Positions 25,105 through 35,237 of a stretch of 64,000 bases of DNA are shown here, piece by piece. Source of the stretch: Alphaproteobacteria bacterium UBA2964. GTDB taxonomy: Bacteria > Pseudomonadota > Alphaproteobacteria > MPNO01 > UBA2964. The notes below the pieces were generated by a model, which had not been told where the DNA came from, searched no databases, and saw only the letters and a program-made list of their open reading frames with translations. Every line of letters begins with the position of its first letter. The first letter of the stretch is position 1. Location: assembly GCA_905182615.1 (NCBI GenBank), contig CAJJCG010000016.1, forward strand, positions 114,250 through 178,249, read 5' to 3'. A program made the translations under genes and the position numbers.

Positions 25105-27084
25105 ATGATTGAGTCCATGATTTCTGCCTTTGCTGAAATCACCAGCGGTACGCATCTGCTGTATCTGTTCGGCGGTGTCATCATGGGGCTGGTGGTCGGC
25201 ATCTTCCCCGGGCTTGGCGGTATCGTCGGCTTGTCTCTGTTACTGCCCTTCCTCTATGGCATGGACCCAACCTCGGCATTGGCGATGCTGATCGGTTTGG
25301 TCGCCATCATCCCAACATCCGATACCTTTACCTCCGTCCTCATGGGCATCCCCGGCTCCAGCGCCTCACAAGCGACTGTGCTGGACGGGTTTCCACTCGC
25401 CAAAAAAGGCGAAGCGGCCCGCGCCCTTGGGGCCGCCTTTTCGGCCTCGCTCTATGGCGGGGTGATCGGCGCCATAGTCCTGACTTTCTTTATCGTTATC
25501 GCCCGACCGGTAATCCTACTGTTTACCTCGGCTGAGCTTTTCATGCTCACCATTCTGGGACTTTCAATGGTTGGCGTTCTGGCCGGCAATTGCCTGTCCA
25601 AGGGCCTGCTTGCCTGCGGCCTCGGCCTGATGTTTGGCGCCCTCGGTGGTGCCCCCGCGACCGGTGAATTCCGTATGTCATTCGACAACGCCTATCTTGG
25701 CGATGGATTGCCATTGGTCGTTGTCGGGCTTGCCATGTTTGCAGTACCCGAAATCATTGATCTGCTGCGCAGCGGCGGCTCAATCTCAAAAAGCGCCAAA
25801 CTTGGTTCCGGTTGGACGCAAGGCTTCAAAGATATGTGGGCCTATCGCTGGCTGTGCACCCGCTGCGCCGGGATCGGCTGCATCATTGGCGCCCTGCCCG
25901 GCCTCGGCGGCAGTGTCGTCGACTGGATCGCCTATGGCCACGTCAAACAAACTGCGAAAGATTCCTCGCAGTTCGGCAAGGGCGATATCCGCGGTGTGCT
26001 CGCACCAGAATCTGCCAATAACGCAAAAGAAGGTGGCGGGCTGATCCCAACCCTTTTATTTGCCATTCCTGGTTCCGGCAGCATGGCTGTGTTTCTCGGC
26101 GGCATGGAGCTTATCGGGCTGGAGCCCGGCCCCAGCATGGTCGATGGAAAGCTCAACCTCACCTATGTCATCATCTGGTCGCTCGCTTTAGCCAATGTTA
26201 TCGGCGCAGGCTGCTGTCTGCTGATTTCCCGCAACGTCGCCCAGCTCACCACGATCAAATACGTCTATCTAGCGCCATTCATGGTCATGGTAATTTGTTT
26301 CGCCGCTTTTCAGGCGACCCGTGATCTCGGCGATCTGATGGTGCTGTTCGCTGTCGGGCTCGTTGGCATTATGTTCAAACGGTTTGGCTGGCCGCGCCCT
26401 GCCTTTCTGATCGGCTTCGTGCTCGCCGACAACTCCGAGACCTATCTTTATCAGGCAGTTCAATTTTATGACTGGGGCTTCCTATTACGCCCCGGCGTCA
26501 TCATCATTTTCGTGCTGACGGTGATCTCAATCTGGTTCGGCGCCCGCAACGCCCCGACCGGCGAAACAGATTTAGCCGACGAAAACAAACCAAAACCCAC
26601 CAATATGAAACCACAGGCCTATTTCGCCGCTTTTGTGGTCTTCCTGTTTGCCTGGGGCCTGATCGACGGAGTCCAGCATTCCTTCCTCGGTGCTGTTTAT
26701 CCCGTTGGTATTTGCCTGGTGATGCTGCCAATCGCCGGACGGCTCTTCTATGTCACCGCAAAAAACAAAACCGAGCATGCCGCTAATTTCGACTATGAAA
26801 TCGAGGGCGACCACGCCGGAAAAGAAGGCGTTCCCGGCCTCGTCTATTATCTGACATGGCTTGCTGGCTTTATCGCTACCGTCATGCTCGTCGGGTTCTG
26901 GATCGCGATCACCGGCTTCTTCCTAACCTTCCTGCGGGTGCATTCTGATGCGTCCTGGACACGTATCCTCACGATGACAACATGCGGCGTCGGGTTTATC
27001 ACCAGCCTGTCCTGGATCATGGTACTGAACTTCCCGGGTGGCTTTCTCCAGTATTATTTCAAACTGCCCTGGCCATTGAGCTAA
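25105..27084 (+). CDS. tctA: TctA-family large permease with a C-terminal four-helix TctB-like extension
   Basis: The TctA pattern is GIFPGLGGIVGLSLLLPF...GIPGSSASQATVLDGFPLAKKGEA. The last ~170 aa add four hydrophobic helices. No separate tctB gene is present. Confidence 0.85.
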   Translation: MIESMISAFAEITSGTHLLYLFGGVIMGLVVGIFPGLGGIVGLSLLLPFLYGMDPTSALAMLIGLVAIIPTSDTFTSVLMGIPGSSASQATVLDGFPLAKKGEAARALGAAFSASLYGGVIGAIVLTFFIVIARPVILLFTSAELFMLTILGLSMVGVLAGNCLSKGLLACGLGLMFGALGGAPATGEFRMSFDNAYLGDGLPLVVVGLAMFAVPEIIDLLRSGGSISKSAKLGSGWTQGFKDMWAYRWLCTRCAGIGCIIGALPGLGGSVVDWIAYGHVKQTAKDSSQFGKGDIRGVLAPESANNAKEGGGLIPTLLFAIPGSGSMAVFLGGMELIGLEPGPSMVDGKLNLTYVIIWSLALANVIGAGCCLLISRNVAQLTTIKYVYLAPFMVMVICFAAFQATRDLGDLMVLFAVGLVGIMFKRFGWPRPAFLIGFVLADNSETYLYQAVQFYDWGFLLRPGVIIIFVLTVISIWFGARNAPTGETDLADENKPKPTNMKPQAYFAAFVVFLFAWGLIDGVQHSFLGAVYPVGICLVMLPIAGRLFYVTAKNKTEHAANFDYEIEGDHAGKEGVPGLVYYLTWLAGFIATVMLVGFWIAITGFFLTFLRVHSDASWTRILTMTTCGVGFITSLSWIMVLNFPGGFLQYYFKLPWPLS

Positions 27085-27108
27085 GGGACCGTCCGTAAAG
27101 GAGATTAA

Positions 27109-28143
27109 ATGACCCAACAGAGAATGCAGTTTGGCCTCGCCATTCGCGGCCAGTATGCTGCCAATCAGGACATCCAGACCTGTTTTGAAGAACTGATTAC
27201 CGAATGCAAGACGGCGGAAGATCTGGGCTTTGATTCCATCACCAAGACCTCGCATTACAGCACAGCACCGTTCCAAGCGTTTCAGCAATTCCCAATCCTG
27301 GCGCGGCTCAGTGCAGAAACGTCCCGCGTAAGGCTTAATGCCGGGATCATTCTGCTGTCATTGCATAAACCGCTCGATATCGCGGAGCAGCTGGCAACCA
27401 TCGACATCATGTCTGGCGGACGGGTGATCTGCGGTGTTGCGCTGGGCTATCGCGAAGTCGAGTTCGCGGCCTTTGGCAGCGAAGTTAAAAAACGCGGCAA
27501 GCTGCTCGAAGAAAACCTCATTGCCCTGAAACGGCTATGGACCGAAGAGTCTGTCACGATGGAGGGCAGTCACTTCGCGCTCAAAGACGCATCCTGCTGC
27601 CCCAAGCCATTACAGCGACCACACCCGCCAATCTGGATTGGCGCCAACGCCAACCCCGCCATTAAACGCGCCGCCCGGCTCGGCGACTGCTGGTACATAA
27701 ATCCGCATAACAAGATCAGCGACATCAAGGAACAGATCGAAGTTTATAAGCGCGCGCTGGATGAATGCGGCAAACCGTTCCCTGATGAGCTGCCCATGCG
27801 CCGCGAAGTATTTGTTGCGGAGACCCGCGAAGAGGCCTTGCGCATCGCCGGGCCCTATATCAAGAAAAAATACGACGCCTATCAGAGCTGGGGACAGGGT
27901 GACCAACTCCCCGAAGGCGACCGCAACCTCGCCCTCGCCTTTGACGAACTTGCCGGTGACCGGTTTATCATCGGATCACCCGACGACGTGACCGAACAGA
28001 TCGTCAATCTCCACAAAGAGATCGGCACCAATCATTTGATCATGTCGATCCAATGGGCCGACATGCCGCATTCGTTGACCATGGATACCCTCGCCATTCT
28101 CGGTGAAAAGGTGTTCCCGCAGGTACGACAGGCAATAGATTAA
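27109..28143 (+). CDS. LLM-class (luciferase-like) flavin-dependent oxidoreductase
   Basis: FGLAIRGQ..., AEDLGFDSI, LATIDIMSGGRVICGVALGY and HPPIWIGA match the family pattern. Confidence 0.85.
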   Translation: MTQQRMQFGLAIRGQYAANQDIQTCFEELITECKTAEDLGFDSITKTSHYSTAPFQAFQQFPILARLSAETSRVRLNAGIILLSLHKPLDIAEQLATIDIMSGGRVICGVALGYREVEFAAFGSEVKKRGKLLEENLIALKRLWTEESVTMEGSHFALKDASCCPKPLQRPHPPIWIGANANPAIKRAARLGDCWYINPHNKISDIKEQIEVYKRALDECGKPFPDELPMRREVFVAETREEALRIAGPYIKKKYDAYQSWGQGDQLPEGDRNLALAFDELAGDRFIIGSPDDVTEQIVNLHKEIGTNHLIMSIQWADMPHSLTMDTLAILGEKVFPQVRQAID

Positions 28144-28146
28144 GAG

Positions 28147-29172
28147 CTAAACACCCCGTTCCGCTTCAATATCACGGGCGACCATTCGGCGAGCGGCGAT
28201 GCCGGGGGCGTCGACATTGATATCGAGCAACTTTCTATCAGGTTCGGCATCGAGCATCTTTTGCTGCGCTTCCAGAATCACGACGTCTTCGTCAAAGGTC
28301 TGCGACACCATCTTGAAGAGATCTGCCGAAACCTTTTCATCACCGAGGGCAAAGTCTCTTGCATGACCAAAGAAATAGAAGGTTGAGGTTTCGGTTTCGG
28401 GCGTTGGCGCGTTGAGACTTCTTATATGCATACCGGTATCGGGCTCACCCTGCTCAGGATCACAACTTCCGGCATCGCTAGCCCCTGCCCTGATTTGCGT
28501 AAGACCGGGCGAGAACGTCTCGACGATCTGCCAACGATCAACCGTGCCTTCGAAATTGCCGAGCGCCTGAAACATCGGTGGGGCTGGCCGGTCGATAATC
28601 CAACGCGTCATTCGCACCATATCTTCTTCACGATCCGTCTTGATCGGAAACTCGCCGATATCACCAGTGCCCAGCGTATTGAGATGAACATAAGCGAGAT
28701 GTGACAAATCGAGCAAATTGTCGGTGATGAGTTCATAATTGCAATCGAGCTTGAGGTACTTGCCTTTGACCAGCTCCCATTCGGGGTGATCAAACCACCA
28801 CCAGTTAGGGATCAGACTTTCATCGGCCAGTGCAGGATCACCCATCCAAATCCAGAGCCATTTCCAGCGCTCGACCAGCGGATATGATTTCACGACGGCG
28901 CCGGGTGGAATCTTGTCCTGCCCCGGAATCTTCACACAAGCGCCGGAGTTATCAAACTCCAGCCCGTGATAGCCACATTGCAGCCGGTCACCAACAACCT
29001 GTCCCATAGAAAGCGGCAACGCCCGGTGACAGCAGCGATCTTCGAGCGCGACTGCCGTACCGTCTTCTGTTCGATAAAGAACGACCGGTTCGCATAAAAA
29101 AGTCCGGGCGAGCGGTGACTGCGTTACCTCATGATCCCACGCCGCGACATACCAGCAGTTTTTCCGGAACAT
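28147..29172 (-). CDS. Rieske [2Fe-2S] oxygenase, VanA-like (class IA alpha subunit)
   Basis: NCWYVAAWDHEV and the Rieske motif CCHRALPLSMGQVVGDRLQCGYHGLEF are present. The size (341 aa) is typical of VanA-type monooxygenases. Confidence 0.85.
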   Translation of the reverse strand: MFRKNCWYVAAWDHEVTQSPLARTFLCEPVVLYRTEDGTAVALEDRCCHRALPLSMGQVVGDRLQCGYHGLEFDNSGACVKIPGQDKIPPGAVVKSYPLVERWKWLWIWMGDPALADESLIPNWWWFDHPEWELVKGKYLKLDCNYELITDNLLDLSHLAYVHLNTLGTGDIGEFPIKTDREEDMVRMTRWIIDRPAPPMFQALGNFEGTVDRWQIVETFSPGLTQIRAGASDAGSCDPEQGEPDTGMHIRSLNAPTPETETSTFYFFGHARDFALGDEKVSADLFKMVSQTFDEDVVILEAQQKMLDAEPDRKLLDINVDAPGIAARRMVARDIEAERGV

Positions 29173-29185
29173 GTTTTTACTCTCC

Positions 29186-29953
29186 CTAGTACCCGACGAT
29201 AACCTCGCCGGAATTCGGGCTGATGACCTGCCCAGTAATCATCTCGGTTTCTGCCGAGGCCAGCCAGGCAACAGCGTAAGAAATGTCTTCGGGCGTCGTC
29301 AGGCGGCCGAGTGGCATCTTTTCTCCGCGGTCAGCGATCATCTCCGGCGTGTTACTGCCCTGCGTCATGCCGGTAAGAACAAAACCCGGCGCCACTGCAT
29401 TGACGCGGATTTTATGGGCTGAAAATTCACGCGCCCAGGCCTTGGTAAAGCCAGACAACGCAGCCTTGGCCGCTGCATAATGCGACGCAAAGTCACTACC
29501 GCCCATCGCGTAGATCGATGAAATCATAATGATGCTACCATGTTTCCTGGCCTTCATCCCGGGCAGTACCGCCTGAGTGGCAAAAAATGCCCCGCGCACC
29601 TGAACACCAAACATCTGATCAAAAATAGCCTCGTCGACATCTTCCATCGCGAGTTTATTGCCAGTAACTCCGGCATTGTTCACCAGAATGTCGATTTTGC
29701 CATGTTCGGCTTCCGCTTCCTTAATCTTGGCGGTGAAACCCGGCACGTCCCGGACATCGGCGATCAGGGTCGAGGCTTTCTGGCCATTCGCCCGCACTAA
29801 CTCCGCAGTCTCGTTGGCACCATCCTCATTAATATCGTGAACGATCACATCCGCGCCGCGTTCGGACATCAAAACCGCGTGGCTCCGACCCATGCCGCCA
29901 ACGGTACCGGAACCGGTGACCAACGCTGTCTTGCCTTCTAAAGTTACCGCCAT
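29186..29953 (-). CDS. Short-chain dehydrogenase/reductase (SDR)
   Basis: TALVTGSGTVGGMG, NNAG and the catalytic YAAAK are present. A GGAGG RBS precedes the ATG at 29953. Confidence 0.9.
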   Translation of the reverse strand: MAVTLEGKTALVTGSGTVGGMGRSHAVLMSERGADVIVHDINEDGANETAELVRANGQKASTLIADVRDVPGFTAKIKEAEAEHGKIDILVNNAGVTGNKLAMEDVDEAIFDQMFGVQVRGAFFATQAVLPGMKARKHGSIIMISSIYAMGGSDFASHYAAAKAALSGFTKAWAREFSAHKIRVNAVAPGFVLTGMTQGSNTPEMIADRGEKMPLGRLTTPEDISYAVAWLASAETEMITGQVISPNSGEVIVGY

Positions 29954-30056
29954 CTCTTTGCCTCCCAATCTTTCTCTTGTAATGTGCCGCTGATTTTAGA
30001 CGCGAATGCCGCCCAATTGAAACGGTGTGGCTCAAAAAGACTTAATCAGGGAGAGA

Positions 30057-31439
30057 ATGATGGCAGTGCAACCAGCACCCGGCGTGGGCCAGTACGATGT
30101 AAATAACCCCAAGCTCCGCAGCTTTCACGATGCGCGAGAAAAATTTCTGTCCGGTGACGACACGCCGCGGGATTATCTGGAACGCTGCATCGCGGTCATC
30201 GAAAAATGCAATGACGATGTAAAAGCCTGGGCTTTCCGCAATACCGACCGGGCCCGCGAAATGGCCGATGCCTCAACCAAGCGCTATGCCGAGGGCAAAC
30301 CACTCTCCCTCGTCGATGGCATGCCAATCGGAATCAAGGATCTCATCGAGACCTGCGACATGCCAACCGAATATAATTGTGAACTATTCAAGGGGAACCA
30401 ACCGATCCGCGATGCGGCCTCGGTTTACTTCCTGCGTCAGGGCGGTGCGGTTCTACTCGGCAAGACAGTGACCGTCACACTCGGCGGCGGCGATCCATCT
30501 ATGTCCCGCAACCCTTATGACACCACGCGCACACCGGGCGGTTCTTCTAGCGGCACCTGCGCTGCAATTGGCGCCGGTATGATGCCAGGCGGCCTCGGCA
30601 CCCACGCACGCGGTTCCACCATTCGGCCCGCGAGCTTCTGTGGCAATTACGGCCTCAAGGCAACATTTGGCGCGTTGAACCGTCAAGGTGGCTTCTCCGC
30701 TGCGGAGACCATGGATCATCTCGGCATTCTTGCCGGGTCCATCGAAGATATGTGGATCATGGCGCGTTATATTTCAGAGACTGCAGGCGGTGACCCCGGT
30801 CACCCCGGTCTCTATGGCAGCCGCACACCACCACCAGCCAAGAAGCCAGAGCGGTTGATTGTCCTTGAGACCGCCGGGTGGAACGAAACAGACGATGCCA
30901 GCAAAGCAGCCTTTAACGACGCTATTGGCAAGCTGTCCAACGCTGGATGCGAAATTTATACCCGTAAAGATGACCCCGCGATTGAGGCCTATGAAGCCGA
31001 GACCGCGCATTCGCCTGAACTGTGGCGTCAGCTGTATCGCTTCGAGATGCGCTGGCCGATGTATCAGTACCTCGATTATGACGCTGACAAAATTCCGCCG
31101 CGTCTCAAAGCGGGTATTCAAGAAGGCGCCGGTCTCACCCAGGCAGAATATCGTGCGGCCCTCGCCCGTCGTGTCTACTGGCGTGAAATGCATGACGCCC
31201 TCGCCCGGCGTTGTGATGCCATGGTCACTCTGGCCTCACCGGGTCCTGGCCCTGTCGGCATTGATCAAGGCAGCGCGATCTATAATGAGGCGTCTTCGAT
31301 TATTGGTATGCCTGCGATATCTCTACCCGTCATGACGGTGGAAGACATGCCACTTGGTATGCAGATCAAAGGCCGTGTTCATGGTGACGAAGCCCTGACC
31401 GCAGCCGGTCGCTGGATCAGTCAGGAATTGCTCCAATAG
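30057..31439 (+). CDS. Amidase-signature family amidase (paralog 1)
   Basis: GMPIGIKD, TPGGSSSGTCAAIGAG and GSTIRPASFCG give the Lys / cis-Ser / Ser triad context. The start is one of the tandem ATGs at 30057/30060, after GGGAGAG. Confidence 0.85.
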   Translation: MMAVQPAPGVGQYDVNNPKLRSFHDAREKFLSGDDTPRDYLERCIAVIEKCNDDVKAWAFRNTDRAREMADASTKRYAEGKPLSLVDGMPIGIKDLIETCDMPTEYNCELFKGNQPIRDAASVYFLRQGGAVLLGKTVTVTLGGGDPSMSRNPYDTTRTPGGSSSGTCAAIGAGMMPGGLGTHARGSTIRPASFCGNYGLKATFGALNRQGGFSAAETMDHLGILAGSIEDMWIMARYISETAGGDPGHPGLYGSRTPPPAKKPERLIVLETAGWNETDDASKAAFNDAIGKLSNAGCEIYTRKDDPAIEAYEAETAHSPELWRQLYRFEMRWPMYQYLDYDADKIPPRLKAGIQEGAGLTQAEYRAALARRVYWREMHDALARRCDAMVTLASPGPGPVGIDQGSAIYNEASSIIGMPAISLPVMTVEDMPLGMQIKGRVHGDEALTAAGRWISQELLQ

Positions 31440-31478
31440 GTTTCTTATTCGTCGCAATTATCGGGGGAAAATTTCGCC

Positions 31479-33548
31479 TTGGCTAAATACAGACTTGGTG
31501 TCGATGTCGGCGGCACCCACACCGATTTGGTGCTCGCCGATACCGAGACGAATGAAATCCTAATCGAAAAGGTTCACTCCACCCCGTCAAACCCATCGCT
31601 CGGGGTACTCGACGGGATACAGCGTTTCTTTATCCGGGGTGTATCGGCCACCGACATCGATTTCTTTAGCCACGGCACCACCGTGACGACCAACGCCTTG
31701 CTGGAAATGAAGGGCGCCACGATTGGTATGCTTATCACTAAAGGGTTTCGCGCTATTCAAGTGGTGCAAAGCCAAGCTCGTGAAAGCAATCAGTTCGACC
31801 TTAAATTCCAGCGCCCAACAATGCTCGCATCACAGCAGATGACCAGCGAGATTACTGGCCGGGTCGATTATGCCGGCGGCGAGGTCGAACCACTGAGCGA
31901 AGAAGATGTGCGGATTGCTGCCCGGGCGTTGCAAGCCAAAGGCGCAACGTCCTTTGCCGTCTGTTACATGTTTTCGTTTATGAATCCGGCGCATGAGCAG
32001 CGTACCGGAGAAATCATTCGCGAAGAAGTTCCCGGCGCCTATGTATCCCTCTCATCGGAAGTTCTGCCCCGTATTCGCGAATGGCCGCGCATGTCGACGA
32101 CGATGTTAAACGCCTATCTCGAGCCGGGCCTCGCCCGTTACGCCGACGATCTCGATAACGGCCTCGACACAGCAGGCGTTGAAACGGCGCGCCGCTTCTT
32201 AATGCAATCGAACGGCGGCGTCATGCCGCTCGGCGCAACAGCCGGCGGAGGCCGTACTGTACAAACATTACTGTCGGGTCCCGCGGCCGGTGTGCAGGCA
32301 ACCGGTTACGTTCTCGGAAAAAAGCAGGGCTGGGCACAGGTCGTCACCATGGATATGGGCGGCACCAGCTGCGATATCGCCTTTATTCAAGATAGCAAAC
32401 CGCTTGAGGTTACCGAAGGCATGATCGCCGAACGGCGCCTCGATGTTCCGGCCTTCGACATCAGCACGATTTCTGCGGGTGGCGGCACGATTGCCCGTCT
32501 GACTGCCGCAAATTTTATGAGCGTTGGGCCCGATAGCGCAGGTGCCGATCCAGGACCGGTTTGTTACAGCAACGGTGGTGACCGTCCAACGGTGACTGAT
32601 GCCGATTTGATCTGTGGTTTTTTAAATCCTGGCCATTTGCTCGGTGGCGAAACCACCTTGGATCGGGAAGGTGCGCTTGCCGCCGTGAGGAAGGCACTAG
32701 CCAACGACATGGGACTTTCAGCCGAAGAGGCCGCCGCCGGTATCGTACGGCTGATTAACGCGCGGATGGCCGATGAAATCCGCGTTCAGGCGGCAAAGAA
32801 AGTCATCGATCTCGCCTCCTTTACACTGGTGCCTTTTGGCGGAGCGGGTCCAGTCCACGCGGCGATGGTCGCAGATGAACTCAACATCCCTCGCATTCTG
32901 GTACCGCCGAACCCCGGCGCCTTTTCAGCCCTGGGCCTGCTTTGTTCGGACATTGTACATGATTACATTCGCTCGGATATTTGTGAGATCAACCAGCTGC
33001 CGCCCGACCGCGCAGAGTGTTATTTCACCGAACTCGAACGTCAGGCAGCAAAGGACCTCGCTGCTGAAGGTTTGGCCGACCATAATCGTGAATTCATCCG
33101 CGATCTCGATTTACGCTATGCTGGGCAAGGATATGAAATTCGAACCCCGCTGGACGGACTAAGTGCAAGCCCGCTAACATCAGATGGGCTCGCCCAAGTC
33201 CAGGAACGCTTCCACGAGCTACATCAAACTCTGCATGGCCACTCGGCGCGCGATCAGGAAATTGAAGTCGTCAGCTACCGGGTTCGGGTGCGCGTCCCTG
33301 TACAAAAACAGGACCTACCCGAAATTGGCATCCCGGAGGGCACTGCAGAACCCGTTGGCTCACGCGACGTGACCTTCGATGGCAAGAACTTTTACGAAGC
33401 GCCAGTCTATACCCGCGATACGCTGAAATCGTCCCCGATTGAAGGCCCTGCCATTATTGAACAGTTCGACTCAACCACTGTATTGCCACCGGGGTGGACC
33501 GCGAAGCTGGATCGCTTTGGCAATATCATTGGCGAAAGGAACGCGTAA
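31479..33548 (+). CDS. hyuA: Hydantoinase/oxoprolinase family, A (HyuA-like) subunit
   Basis: YRLGVDVGGTHTDLVL and MDMGGTSCD are present in a 689-aa protein. It has a TTG start. Confidence 0.9.
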   Translation: MAKYRLGVDVGGTHTDLVLADTETNEILIEKVHSTPSNPSLGVLDGIQRFFIRGVSATDIDFFSHGTTVTTNALLEMKGATIGMLITKGFRAIQVVQSQARESNQFDLKFQRPTMLASQQMTSEITGRVDYAGGEVEPLSEEDVRIAARALQAKGATSFAVCYMFSFMNPAHEQRTGEIIREEVPGAYVSLSSEVLPRIREWPRMSTTMLNAYLEPGLARYADDLDNGLDTAGVETARRFLMQSNGGVMPLGATAGGGRTVQTLLSGPAAGVQATGYVLGKKQGWAQVVTMDMGGTSCDIAFIQDSKPLEVTEGMIAERRLDVPAFDISTISAGGGTIARLTAANFMSVGPDSAGADPGPVCYSNGGDRPTVTDADLICGFLNPGHLLGGETTLDREGALAAVRKALANDMGLSAEEAAAGIVRLINARMADEIRVQAAKKVIDLASFTLVPFGGAGPVHAAMVADELNIPRILVPPNPGAFSALGLLCSDIVHDYIRSDICEINQLPPDRAECYFTELERQAAKDLAAEGLADHNREFIRDLDLRYAGQGYEIRTPLDGLSASPLTSDGLAQVQERFHELHQTLHGHSARDQEIEVVSYRVRVRVPVQKQDLPEIGIPEGTAEPVGSRDVTFDGKNFYEAPVYTRDTLKSSPIEGPAIIEQFDSTTVLPPGWTAKLDRFGNIIGERNA

Positions 33549-33549
33549 C

Positions 33550-35205
33550 ATGGCTGTCGATCCAATTACCGTCGAATTATTGCGCAACCGCATCGCCAGC
33601 CTGATGGAAGAGATGGATTACCATTTCTATCGTTCAGGCTATTCAACCATCGTCCGGGAAAGCCGTGATTTCAGCTGCGTGATCGTTGATCCCAATGGGC
33701 GCCTTTTGGTGGCTCCATGGATGTTCTTTCATTCACCGGTCTATTTCCATCTCGTCCAGCGCATCAAGGACATCTATGGCGTCGAGGCTCTCGCTGATGG
33801 CGATGTCTTCGTTACCAACCATCCGTATGAAGGCAATATGCCGCATGCCTCGGATATGGGTTTCATTGCACCTATCTTCTTCGAAGGCACTCTCGTCGCA
33901 TTCGCTGCAACCATCGCGCATAAGGCCGATATCGGCGGCACGGTGCCTGGCAGCACCTATGGCTCGGCAACCGAGCTTTATCACGAAGGCATGATGTTGC
34001 CACCAATCCGCATCCACCGTGCAGGGAAGCCGATTGACGATGTGATGCGACTGATCTCCGCCAATACGCGTGCACCCTATGTCGTACTTGGCGACATTTC
34101 AGGCCAGATCGGCGTCACCCGTATTGGCCGTAAACATATGCAGGAAATGTGTGCCCGCTTCGGCGTCAAGACGGTGTTGGAATCGATGGACGCGATGATT
34201 ACGGCATCAGGTGAAGAATTTAGCGCCGCGCTTAAAAGCATTCCGGACGGCATTGCAGAAGCGACAGGCTATCTCGATCATGACGGCGTTGATGAAACGA
34301 CCAAGGTCAAGCTTAACGTCAAGATCACCATCAAATCCGGCAAGCTGCATTTCGACTTCACCGGCTGCGATCCGCAAACTCAGGGGCCGGTCAATCTGCG
34401 GATCGCGATGGTCGAGGCATGTGTTTATTACTGCCTGATCGGCCTCATCGACCCGAACCTCCGCTATAGCGATGGTATCCGCGATCTCGTTTCCTTTGAA
34501 TTTACACCGCGTAGCGTGGTTAGCGCTGAACCCCCGCGCCCCTGCTCTAGCTATATGAAATGCTGTCTCAAACTATGCGACGTCATTCTGGAAGCGATGG
34601 ACCCGCTCTTGCCGGGTCGCGCGATTGCTCATTCAGGCGGCAGTGGTGGGTCAATCATTGTCGCGTGGAAAGGCGATACAAAGCCTAAGCGCGGCAATCA
34701 ATATGAGATCTTTGGATCAGCCTATGGCGCAGGTGTTGGTTCTGACGGTGCCTCCGGCGCCAGTGTCATGCTGGCAAACTTGTTTGCCGCGCCTGTCGAG
34801 ATCATCGAATCCGAATTTCCGTGCCGCATCCGCGAGTACAGCTTGAACACCGACTCTGGTGGCGCCGGAGAGTTTCGTGGTGGATTAAATTTTGTCCGCG
34901 AATATGAAATGCTGGAATCAGCAGAAATCGTCTACCGCGCCGACCGATCCATCGAATTACCTGCCGGAATACAGGGAGGTATGCCGGGTGGACCCAGCCG
35001 ATTTGTCGTCAATCCGGGAACACCAGACGAGCAACAGATGCCGTCGTCTGCCCGCATGACGTTAACCGCAGGCACGTCATTTCGGGTTAACGGTCCTGGG
35101 GGCGGAGGGTATGGCGATCCGAAGAAACGCGACGTCGAAGCACTCGCGAATGACGTCGCCGAAGGCTATGTCTCAGAAGCAGCTGCGGACAAGTTCTACA
35201 GATAG
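33550..35205 (+). CDS. hyuB: Hydantoinase/oxoprolinase family, B (HyuB-like) subunit
   Basis: DPITVELLRNRIASLMEEM, SRDFSCVIVDPNGRLL and GGGGYGDP are present. The ATG at 33550 is 1 nt after the hyuA TAA. Confidence 0.9.
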   Translation: MAVDPITVELLRNRIASLMEEMDYHFYRSGYSTIVRESRDFSCVIVDPNGRLLVAPWMFFHSPVYFHLVQRIKDIYGVEALADGDVFVTNHPYEGNMPHASDMGFIAPIFFEGTLVAFAATIAHKADIGGTVPGSTYGSATELYHEGMMLPPIRIHRAGKPIDDVMRLISANTRAPYVVLGDISGQIGVTRIGRKHMQEMCARFGVKTVLESMDAMITASGEEFSAALKSIPDGIAEATGYLDHDGVDETTKVKLNVKITIKSGKLHFDFTGCDPQTQGPVNLRIAMVEACVYYCLIGLIDPNLRYSDGIRDLVSFEFTPRSVVSAEPPRPCSSYMKCCLKLCDVILEAMDPLLPGRAIAHSGGSGGSIIVAWKGDTKPKRGNQYEIFGSAYGAGVGSDGASGASVMLANLFAAPVEIIESEFPCRIREYSLNTDSGGAGEFRGGLNFVREYEMLESAEIVYRADRSIELPAGIQGGMPGGPSRFVVNPGTPDEQQMPSSARMTLTAGTSFRVNGPGGGGYGDPKKRDVEALANDVAEGYVSEAAADKFYR

Positions 35206-35237
35206 GACTGAACCCGTATAAGTACGAAAGCCCACGG

